DNA of 64,000 bases from Fimbriimonadia bacterium. Lineage in GTDB: Bacteria; Armatimonadota; Fimbriimonadia; Fimbriimonadales; JABRVX01. Each line of letters starts with the position of its first letter. The first letter of the stretch is position 1. Below the pieces are notes generated by a model that was not told the DNA's origin, searched no databases, and saw only the letters and a program-made list of their open reading frames with translations. The DNA is taken from contig JBGPGO010000008.1 in assembly GCA_041483895.1 (NCBI GenBank), forward strand, positions 32,001 through 96,000, read 5' to 3'. The position numbers and the translations under genes are program-made. Positions 38,341 through 46,528 of the stretch are shown here, in pieces.

Positions 38341-39392
38341 TTGTAGTACTCGATAGTTCGTCGGACCGCCGCCAGTTCTTCATCGGAAACCTCGCCATCG
38401 GGATAGGTAGTGCGGTTGGACCCAGTGCGCAAAGTCCAATTTCCGTGCGAATCATATGTGTAGTGGTAGACCTGATCCCACGTCATCGCGTCATCGCCGC
38501 CAGATGTGCGGCCCTTACGAGTCAGCTCATTACCATATTTGTCGAACGTCACCACCTCCGATATCCACTGTTTTCCACCTCTCTTCATCACGACCGTTGT
38601 TAACGTCCGGCCATCCTTCGATCGAATCTCCTTATAATCCATCTTCTCGTCCTCATTCGTGATTTTGGTATAACCCTTGCCGACTAGATCGTACGTGCAC
38701 TGCTCTCCGACGTCTCCTTCCGGACCGGTAAGCCTCGTACTCACAAGTTTTCCGCTATTCGTATAAACCCTCACCTCGATTACTTCAGCAAAGGCAACGG
38801 CATGTCCCGATGAAGTGACCATTGTATAGTGGCATTGCTGCTGAAACCTTCCAACGGGAAGGCGCTTCCACTCCCAAACGGCACCTCTCAGCCGCTCGCC
38901 ATGATCGCCGATTTCTGATGACTTAATGACATGATGATCCTGATCATAGGAGTATGTTGTGATCCAAGACGTGTTCTCGCCCGTTGATGTCATTATGGAC
39001 TCGACGAGCCCTCCCCACGAATTGAATTTGTACGCGCACCGACGCCAGCAATGGCCGTTGTCTGAATACTCGATGCCCTCAGTCTGTCCCAGCTTGTCAT
39101 AACTGTATTTTGTCGTTCGGAACCCTTTGTCTCCAGCACGCATCATATCGATCATGCGCACCCGCTCTTCTGTCATGTGGCCGGTTCGGTTGTAAGATGA
39201 CTCTTTCGTTATTCGCCATTCCGGAGGCTGATCCGGTGTCTTCTCATGCGTCTCGACACGGACCTTTGAGACGGGTCCGCGTAGATTTTCATCAGCAACC
39301 TCCGGAACAAGCTTCGGAATGTTGATGGGCTCGATGTTCTTGGGCCAGGGAGCTTGGTTTTGAATGACGAGAGCGAGAAGCGTCAGCAGCAT
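38337..39392 (-). CDS. Secreted YD/RHS-like repeat protein (paralog)
   Basis: SD GGAGGA then MLLTLLAL. WPKNIEPIN, DENLRGPV, YDSHGNWT, RRTIEYY. Confidence 0.8.
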   Translation of the reverse strand: MLLTLLALVIQNQAPWPKNIEPINIPKLVPEVADENLRGPVSKVRVETHEKTPDQPPEWRITKESSYNRTGHMTEERVRMIDMMRAGDKGFRTTKYSYDKLGQTEGIEYSDNGHCWRRCAYKFNSWGGLVESIMTSTGENTSWITTYSYDQDHHVIKSSEIGDHGERLRGAVWEWKRLPVGRFQQQCHYTMVTSSGHAVAFAEVIEVRVYTNSGKLVSTRLTGPEGDVGEQCTYDLVGKGYTKITNEDEKMDYKEIRSKDGRTLTTVVMKRGGKQWISEVVTFDKYGNELTRKGRTSGGDDAMTWDQVYHYTYDSHGNWTLRTGSNRTTYPDGEVSDEELAAVRRTIEYYK

Positions 39393-39469
39393 GATGATTC
39401 CTCCTGACTGGTGGGACGAATGAGCTCCCGTAGCGTTCCGCTCAATCGACCATCGGCTATACTCCATTC

Positions 39470-40489
39470 ATGTCTGAATATCGGCTTACACAAGTGGTGG
39501 CGTGCGCGGGTTGAGCGAGTAAGCTGGGCCCGACCCAGCTCGCGGAGGTGCTCCGCGGGATCCCCGTGCAAGATGACCCGGACGTGCTCGTCGGACTGGA
39601 CAGCTCCGACGACGCCGGCCTTTTTCGCCTGCCCGACGGCACCGCCCTGGTTCAAACGGTGGATTTTTTCACCCCCATCGTGGACGACCCGTACACCTAT
39701 GGCGCAATCGCCGCCGCCAACGCGCTGAGCGACGTGTACGCGATGGGTGGAAGGCCGCTGACCGCGCTGAATATTCTCTGTTTCCCGATCGATAGTGCCC
39801 CGGCGGAGGTATTGCGGCAGATCCTGCTGGGCGGGTTCGACAAGATGCGCGAGGCCGGGGTCGCGGTCGTCGGCGGGCACAGCGTGGAGGACAAGGAGCC
39901 GAAATTTGGCGCGGCGGTGACTGGGATCGTAGATCCGGACAAGGCGATCACCAACGCCGGGGCAAAGCCGGGCCAAAAGATATTCTTGACGAAGGCGCTG
40001 GGGACCGGCATTGTCGCGACGGCGGCCAAGTTCGACGCCTGTCCTCCATCGGCGTTGCAAACGGCCTGCGAATCGATGATGAAGCTGAATAAAGAGGCGA
40101 GCGAGGTGGCGGTCCGGCATGGGGTCCGCGCGGGCACGGACGTCACCGGTTTCGGCCTCGCCGGGCACCTGTCGCACATCGCGCGCAACTCCAACATCGC
40201 CATCCGAATTGATTCCAACCGGCTTCCCATCCTTCCGGAGGCTATCCAACTAGCTTTAGCGGGACACGTCACCGCAGGCGCGAACAAGAACGCAGAGTGG
40301 CTTGGCGACATGCTGCAGGTGGGACCCGTCGCGTCTGGGATCAGGGACATCGTCTTGGACCCGCAAACCTCCGGCGGCCTGGTCCTGTGCATCGATCCCG
40401 CCGTTGCCGATGCCTTCCAAGCTGATTTGCCCTCCGCCGTCGAGATCGGGGAAACCCTCCCAGGCCCGCCGTCGATTCAAGTGCACTAA
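39470..40489 (+). CDS. selD: Selenide, water dikinase; selenoprotein with in-frame UGA (Sec) at 39512-39514
   Basis: ATG 39470 reads MSEYRLTQVVACAG-TGA-ASKLGP in frame with the 39548 ORF. DDAG, QTVDFFTP, NALSDVYAMGG, TDVTGFGL, DPQTSGGL. Confidence 0.93.
39515..39543 (+). promoter_or_regulatory. Candidate bacterial SECIS stem-loop
   Basis: GCGA-(GTAA bulge)-GCTGGG-CCCGA-CCCAGC-TCGC immediately 3' of the UGA. Confidence 0.65.
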
Positions 40490-40623
40490 TCGGACCCATC
40501 GGACGGATCAGACCGATCGGACCTATTAGTCTGATCCGTCCGATCCGTCCGATGGGTCCCCGTTGTGTCGGGGTCCTCACCTGGCAAACCCCTTTCTTGT
40601 GAAGACTCCAAAGACCCCGACAC
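40489..40623. repeat. Inverted array of ATCGGACNN nonamers (40489-40559) and family E element (40564-40623)
   Basis: ATCGGACCC ATCGGACGG ATCAGACCG ATCGGACCT followed by reverse-complement copies; TGTGTCGGGGTC...GACCCCGACAC. Confidence 0.85.
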
Positions 40624-40652
40624 GGCGCCCTGGGGTAACCTAAAACCCAACA

Positions 40653-41441
40653 ATGGCCCGCGATAAACCGACCCTCAGCCCGTCCCGGTTCACCACCTAC
40701 CTCGCCTGCCCGGTGATGTATCGGTGGATGCACATAGACCCGCGCGGGCGTTGGTATCGCAAGGCCAAGGGCTATTTTGCCTTCGGGGCCTCGCTCCACA
40801 AAGTCCTACAGCAGTTCCACGAACAGGGCGGCGTCGGAACCGTGACAAAAGAGACCCTGATCGCCAACTACGAATCCGGCTGGATCGAGGCGGGATATGA
40901 ATCCGATGAGGACTCCCGGAAGCACATGGAGATGGGCCGCGAGATGCTCGCCTCCTACTACGAGAAACAGCAGGAGGTCGCGACGGAGGCACGCCCGGTG
41001 TATGTCGAGCGGATGCTGCGCTACGACATGGGGCCGTTCATCCTGTCCGGGCGCGTGGACCGGGTGGACGAGCACCCCGACGGACGGCTGGAGATTGTGG
41101 ACTACAAGAGCGGCCGGACGAGCGTGAGTGAAGAAGAGGTACGCGACGACCTCGCGATGTCCGCGTACCAGTTGCTGCTGAAGCGAACCCACCCGGAGAG
41201 GGAACTGTTTGCCACCATCCACGCATTGCGTTCGACCGAATGCGCCTCGGCCTCGCTGACAGAAAACGAGTTGGCACAGTTTGAGGAGACCCTGCGGCTG
41301 TTGGGGGAGGAGATCATCGAATGCGACTTCGAATCACTCCTCCCGACCTACAAGCCGATCTGCGCCCGCTGCGACTTCGTCCAACTATGCAAGCGCTCGC
41401 CGGAGTATTTGGAAGAATGGACGGCTGCGCAACAGTCGTAG
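40653..41441 (+). CDS. PD-(D/E)XK nuclease family protein (RecB/AddB/Cas4-like, four Cys)
   Basis: LSPSRFTTYLACP, FGASLHKVL, GRVDRVD, IVDYKSG, C..CDF...C. Confidence 0.9.
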   Translation: MARDKPTLSPSRFTTYLACPVMYRWMHIDPRGRWYRKAKGYFAFGASLHKVLQQFHEQGGVGTVTKETLIANYESGWIEAGYESDEDSRKHMEMGREMLASYYEKQQEVATEARPVYVERMLRYDMGPFILSGRVDRVDEHPDGRLEIVDYKSGRTSVSEEEVRDDLAMSAYQLLLKRTHPERELFATIHALRSTECASASLTENELAQFEETLRLLGEEIIECDFESLLPTYKPICARCDFVQLCKRSPEYLEEWTAAQQS

Positions 41442-41444
41442 CTT

Positions 41445-43739
41445 CTATCCCCCAACGGCGCCGAAATTGAGTAGCACGATGTTGAAGTCGAATAGGTCGA
41501 CAACGCCATCGTAGTTGAGATCGGAATCCAAGTCGGTCCCAAATTCCAGCAGGATTTGGTTCAGATCGACAAGGTCCACGGCGTTGTTCCCATCGACGTC
41601 CCCATTTATCAGAGCGAAGTTTTGCTGATTCGCACCGGCAACCAGCGCGCGATTCGAGACGACCCCGCGTAGGGAGCGAGGAAGTTTGAAGGCGACATCG
41701 TAAGTGCCTGGCTCAATGTCCTGGACGGAATAAGAACCTTGAAATCCGAGCGTGATGGGGAAGCTGTAGAGCGACGTTTGCGTTCCCGGCTGACGAAGAG
41801 CGAGAACGCCGGTCAAACCGGAAGTGGTGCTCAGAAACTCCAACGAAACCTTGCCGGTCAGCTTGGCCTTCGGTCCCTCCTTATGACAAATGGCTCCGTT
41901 GTATCCGCCGAACCACATGTCGTTGGAAGTCGGGGCCGTGATGCGATAGGGATAGTACGGATACCCGTTGACCATTTGCCGACTCCACGTCTTACCGCCG
42001 TCCGTCGTGTGACGCATGACCCCATTGAAGTCGGTGTCGCGACCAACGATCCAAATGTCGGTCGCGCTGACGATAGCAACGTCGAAGTAGATTTCTTCGG
42101 TGGAGCCAAGATCGAGCGGCTGCCAAGATACTCCGCCATTGTCGGTCTTCGCCACATATCCATACCAACCGACCGCCCATCCATGCTGGCGGTCCAGGAA
42201 TCTCATCCTGCTGAGCGTCGGGCCACCGGCCAACCCCATCTCCAGCCAGTTTTGCCCGCCATCGATGGTGCGCAATCCAGAGCCGCCGATTCTGTATAGC
42301 CAGCCATATTCGCTATCGACGAATTGGACGCCATTCCAGCCGGCGGGGCCATCGAAAGTGACCGGCTCCCAACTCATGCCGCCATCTACCGTATGGAACA
42401 GGCCCTGCTCGTGGCCGAGATCATAGTCCGTGCCTGCAATCCATCCGTTGAGGGGATCGGTGAAGGAGACGCCCTCGATGTAGAAGTCGCCGGAAAGGGC
42501 AGGGTAGCCGATGTTCTGCCAGCTCTGCGCGCCATCGTCGGTGCGAAAAACCATTCCGCCCGGCCCCGCCACGATGGCCACATCTCGATTCAAGACGTCG
42601 ATCGCATGGAGATTCTCGTCTCGACCGAATATCTGGCCGGTCACCTCAACCTTTTGTGTCTTCCAGAACTTGCCGCCGTTCTCGGTGCGGAGAATGTATC
42701 CATTGTGGGCCACGGCCATGGCGACATTTCCGTCGATGGCCTTGAGATCGTAAATCTGGGACCCGACCCCGGAATTGATTTGCCGCCAGGTAATTCCTGA
42801 ATCACTGGTCGCGAAGATCAACCCGGTATCGCCAACGACCCAACCATTATCGGAGTCCACGAATTTGACATCCCAAGACGCCGGCAAGGAACCAAGTCCG
42901 TCGAATACCCAATCCCACGAATATCCGCCGTCTGGGCTGCGCCAGATATCTCCTTTGAGAGAAACCCCGACCACAACGTCCGAAGTGCCGGCTCTTGTGA
43001 TTTTGGAGAAGCCCGTCCAAATGCCCGAGGCGATGGTATGCCATGAATCGCCGGCGTCCAACGATTCCAAGACTGTCGTCCCTTCGTCCGCGATGACTCG
43101 ATTTGAGTCCATCCATAAGACTGTGTTGGCGGATTTCGGGTGCGTTTGGTCCCAGGTCTTCCCGCCATCAATAGTCTTGAAAATGCCGTCCGCGTCGGTT
43201 TTCGGCAGCCAACCGCCGGCAATACCAACGAGCGGGTCCCGGTAATCCGCTCCGTACATCACCGGGCAATCTGGATACCCGGATCGGAGATACCAGTTGA
43301 CGCCCCCGTCATAAGTTGCGGCCGCGGCGCCGTTCGCACCGATGATGCCTTCTAACGGGCTGAAAAAAGAGATCTGGTACCAGGATCCGCCCGGAACGCC
43401 GTACATTCGGGACCAATGAACGCCGCCGTCCGTAGAACGCCATGAGTCGCTTCCGTTCCCGAGCACGTAGCCGTGTTCCGCATCGCTGAAGAGCACGGCA
43501 TAGAACGGGTCCGCTCCGAGTGGGCCGGTCAGCCACTGAAACCAGGTCTTTCCGCCGTCGGGGGTCTCAACCAACGTGTGGCTAGAGCCGCATACGAACG
43601 CATGATCCGGTCCGAGAAGGGAGACGCCGTTATAGTTCGCGTCGGCGGGTAAGGGACTTTGTCGAATCCACGTGTCCTGGGCAGGTACGCCGGTCGCGAG
43701 CAAGGCAATCACGATGACAAGCGAGTCACGAAACCTCAT
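41445..43739 (-). CDS. Secreted YCF48/BNR-repeat beta-propeller protein with C-terminal dockerin-like domain
   Basis: Many (T/S)xDGGxxW Asp-boxes. C-terminal GDVDGNNAVDLVD...DLNYDGVVDLFD. SD GGAGGA before ATG 43739. Confidence 0.9.
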   Translation of the reverse strand: MRFRDSLVIVIALLATGVPAQDTWIRQSPLPADANYNGVSLLGPDHAFVCGSSHTLVETPDGGKTWFQWLTGPLGADPFYAVLFSDAEHGYVLGNGSDSWRSTDGGVHWSRMYGVPGGSWYQISFFSPLEGIIGANGAAAATYDGGVNWYLRSGYPDCPVMYGADYRDPLVGIAGGWLPKTDADGIFKTIDGGKTWDQTHPKSANTVLWMDSNRVIADEGTTVLESLDAGDSWHTIASGIWTGFSKITRAGTSDVVVGVSLKGDIWRSPDGGYSWDWVFDGLGSLPASWDVKFVDSDNGWVVGDTGLIFATSDSGITWRQINSGVGSQIYDLKAIDGNVAMAVAHNGYILRTENGGKFWKTQKVEVTGQIFGRDENLHAIDVLNRDVAIVAGPGGMVFRTDDGAQSWQNIGYPALSGDFYIEGVSFTDPLNGWIAGTDYDLGHEQGLFHTVDGGMSWEPVTFDGPAGWNGVQFVDSEYGWLYRIGGSGLRTIDGGQNWLEMGLAGGPTLSRMRFLDRQHGWAVGWYGYVAKTDNGGVSWQPLDLGSTEEIYFDVAIVSATDIWIVGRDTDFNGVMRHTTDGGKTWSRQMVNGYPYYPYRITAPTSNDMWFGGYNGAICHKEGPKAKLTGKVSLEFLSTTSGLTGVLALRQPGTQTSLYSFPITLGFQGSYSVQDIEPGTYDVAFKLPRSLRGVVSNRALVAGANQQNFALINGDVDGNNAVDLVDLNQILLEFGTDLDSDLNYDGVVDLFDFNIVLLNFGAVGG

Positions 43740-43920
43740 TGTTTCCTCCAATTCTTTGCCACCCAAATGGAGTCGCGTTCAGCCGCTTTGATACGGGAAC
43801 CGACTCGGCGATTAGGCGTTGGGCAAGGTAGCCCCGATGGACGTCAACGAGGATCGCGTCAGGTTATTGTAACTCGGTGACCGGCAATTGTCATGTCGGA
43901 AGTTTTAACGACAGATCGAG

Positions 43921-44664
43921 CTAAAAGCGGGTCAATGTCTTCGAAAGAATGCGCTCCACCTGTTCCAGTTGCTCTGGCGTATCCACCGAAGGGCCGGACG
44001 GGCGGCGGGTTCGGGTCATCGCCATCGTGTAGCCGTGTTCCAGCAGCCGCAACTGTTCCAGCCCTTCCGCCTGCTCTAACGGCGTCCGTTTGAGCCTGGT
44101 GTACTGCATCACCGTCTCTCGCTTGAAGGCATAGATGCCCAGGTGCCGGAGCGGCTTGAACCCCGGCTGGCGGGGATAGGGTATCTGGGAGCGCGAGAAA
44201 TAGAGCGCGAAGCCCCAATTGTCGGTGACGACCTTGACCACGTTCGGATCATCCTCCTCCGATGCGGCGCATGGGCAGAAAACGCTCGCGGAATCCGGGC
44301 GCTCGGAGGCCAGCATCGGCTTGAGACAGGCCAGAATGTCGGCGGGCCGGACGAGGGGCTCGTCGCCCTGGATGTTCAAGTAGATCTCTCCCAGGGTTGC
44401 CGCCGCCACCTCGGCCACGCGGTCGGTGCCGGTGGGGCAGGAGGGGCTGGAGGGGACGGCCTCCGCCCCGAAAGCCGCGGCCGCCGCCTGGATCTCCCGG
44501 TCCGGCGTGGAGATCACCACGCGATCGATCATCTCCACCTGTCGGGCTTTTTCCCACACCCATTGCACCATCGGCTTGCCGGCGATAAGGGCGAGCGGTT
44601 TGCCGGGAAAGCGGGTGGCGCCCATTCGGGCGGGGATGACGGCGATGATGCGGGCCTGTGCCAT
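43921..44664 (-). CDS. kdsB: 3-deoxy-manno-octulosonate cytidylyltransferase
   Basis: IPARMGATRFPGKPL, TGTDRVAEV, NIQGDEP, ALYFSRSQIP, LEQLRLLE. Confidence 0.96.
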   Translation of the reverse strand: MAQARIIAVIPARMGATRFPGKPLALIAGKPMVQWVWEKARQVEMIDRVVISTPDREIQAAAAAFGAEAVPSSPSCPTGTDRVAEVAAATLGEIYLNIQGDEPLVRPADILACLKPMLASERPDSASVFCPCAASEEDDPNVVKVVTDNWGFALYFSRSQIPYPRQPGFKPLRHLGIYAFKRETVMQYTRLKRTPLEQAEGLEQLRLLEHGYTMAMTRTRRPSGPSVDTPEQLEQVERILSKTLTRF

Positions 44665-44704
44665 GGGGGTGATTGTTATCCGTGCGGCTCGCGGACGTCA
44701 AGGG

Positions 44705-44798
44705 GTGTCGGGGTCTTTGGTTTCGGCTGGAGCAAGGAGTTGCCGGACGTGAACCCCGACACATCCCAAAAATCCCTTCACAGTCGCACTGTGAAGGG
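44705..44798. repeat. Family E element (44705-44763) and family A palindrome (44774-44798)
   Basis: GTGTCGGGGTC...AACCCCGACACA; CCCTTCACAGTCGCACTGTGAAGGG. Confidence 0.88.
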
Positions 44799-44809
44799 AC
44801 ATCCAAATA

Positions 44810-44843
44810 TTAGAATGCCCCGGGGCAAGCCGGGGCAGTTTTT
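44810..44843. terminator. Bidirectional terminator-like hairpin
   Basis: TGCCCCGG-N6-CCGGGGCA, with TTTTT downstream on the plus strand and TTCTAATATTT downstream on the minus strand. Confidence 0.65.
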
Positions 44844-44973
44844 ACGATCCCACCAGGAGGATGCGGTTCATCGCCGCACATCCCCGGAGGGCGGTCGGCT
44901 AAAACGCGCGACCCTCCTGGCGCATAGGTTCGTTATACATCTTTTTGCACCACCTCCTTCTTGCTTAGGATTG
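44812..44973 (-). ncRNA. Candidate ~160-nt structured small RNA or small-ORF mRNA (13-aa ORF at 44899-44940)
   Basis: TTGACG-N18-GATAAT promoter (45008-44979), SD AAGGAGGTG, ORF MYNEPMRQEGRAF, extensive self-complementarity, terminator. Confidence 0.5.
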
Positions 44974-45089
44974 GTGGCATTATCCCATGCCTGGGGGAGC
45001 GCCGTCAACGGTACTCCACTAGATAAGACGAATGACCCAGGCAAATCATTCCCGCCTTCGGTACCGGGTTTTCGAAATTGCCCACGCGA

Positions 45090-45147
45090 TGTGCCGGGGT
45101 CCTCGTTGGCTGATCCGGTCTGTTCGTTTGCACCGAAGACCCCGGTA
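45090..45147. repeat. Family E ~60-bp element (degenerate right end)
   Basis: TGTGCCGGGGTCCTCG...AAGACCCCGGTA. Confidence 0.7.
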
Positions 45148-45214
45148 ATAGCGTAACCTTTCGGCAAATGCCGGCGTCTAATGCTCAAGTTGGACTTTTT
45201 GTCGAGGTGATGAG

Positions 45215-46528
45215 ATGTTTCGTTTTTCTGTAATGCTCATTGCTGTGTCTGCGGTTTCGGGCGCGAATGCCAAGGGCTACGGCCTGTTCGGAGACCAGAT
45301 CATCGGGCCGTACGAAAGTTTCAAGACCGAGGTCATCCGGCTGGGCGGCACACGCAACTCGCCGATCTTGTTTTCCAGCGGAACGGCGGACAAAGATGGC
45401 CGCATCTTGGAAACGTTCCGCCTTTCCGGACCTATGCCGACGCAGGCCTCTATCGGACCGTCCGAAGCACTCGGCTTCTTGGATCCGGAATATCTGGATT
45501 CCACCCAAAGAAACAGCTACCGACAGATCTGCAAGTACGATCCCCAGGGCCGCATGACAGAGATGTACTACACGACCATCACCGACGGCAAAAAGACGGA
45601 TACCCGATACGTATACACATACGACACTCAGGGCCGAATGAACAAGCAGGCCACGTATCAACGTGACAAGCTGATTTCGGCATCGTCGACCGAATTTGAT
45701 GGGGACGGACGAGTGGCAAGGAGCGAGAATTTTAGCGCCGACAAGCTGCAATCCACCACCGTCTACACTTATGACGCCAAAGGCAATCAGACCGAAATGC
45801 GGACCGAATATGCGGATCCAAAGGAGCGCACGAGTGGATACCGCTCTGTGACGGAGTTCGACGGCCAAGGGCGAACGGTGCGCATGGCCACCTACAACGG
45901 CGATGATTTCATGTACAGCGAGCAGTTACAGAAGTACGACGATCAAGGCGGAGTCGTCCAGACCACCTATCTGAACTATGTGCCCGACAAAGCGGTGGCA
46001 ACCCGGACGGTCACCAACATCGGTGCGGACGGTCGAGTGACGTCGGAAGAGCATTTTGATTTCGATGGCAAGCTCACGAGTCGTTCTGAGACTTCGACGA
46101 AGGACGGAGAAACGGTCACGACAACGTATGGCGCCGACGGCAAGGTGACGCAGAAATCGATCAGTCGCCAGGACGATAAAGGCGGTTTAAACGAATCCAC
46201 AGCATACGACGCCGAGGGAAAGGTGATCTACAGCTACAAGAGCTGGCAAGAGAATAAAGAGACTCACAGCGAATCCATTCAGCGATCTGGAAACGATAAA
46301 TATACAAGAACGGTCAAAGTGATCACGAAGGATTTCCTTCCGAAACTGGAACAGACGTACGACGGCGACAAACTCACGCGCCAGGTCCGATATGAGTATC
46401 ATATCGATAAACACGACAATTGGACGAAGGTCGTTCGCTTTGAGACTGAGGGAACCGGGCCGGAACGGGCAGTGTCGATGGCAACGAGGTTGATTCAGTA
46501 TCGTCTGGAAGCCGAAAAACAAAAGTGA
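45215..46528 (+). CDS. Secreted YD/RHS-like repeat protein
   Basis: SD GAGGTGA, signal peptide, repeated YDxxG, DKHDNWT, RLIQY. Confidence 0.8.
   Translation: MFRFSVMLIAVSAVSGANAKGYGLFGDQIIGPYESFKTEVIRLGGTRNSPILFSSGTADKDGRILETFRLSGPMPTQASIGPSEALGFLDPEYLDSTQRNSYRQICKYDPQGRMTEMYYTTITDGKKTDTRYVYTYDTQGRMNKQATYQRDKLISASSTEFDGDGRVARSENFSADKLQSTTVYTYDAKGNQTEMRTEYADPKERTSGYRSVTEFDGQGRTVRMATYNGDDFMYSEQLQKYDDQGGVVQTTYLNYVPDKAVATRTVTNIGADGRVTSEEHFDFDGKLTSRSETSTKDGETVTTTYGADGKVTQKSISRQDDKGGLNESTAYDAEGKVIYSYKSWQENKETHSESIQRSGNDKYTRTVKVITKDFLPKLEQTYDGDKLTRQVRYEYHIDKHDNWTKVVRFETEGTGPERAVSMATRLIQYRLEAEKQK

Noticed and set aside
44945..44962. 16S rRNA 3' end fragment (CACCTCCTT)
   Set aside because: Only the anti-SD-like core matches. 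It is better read as an SD on the minus strand.
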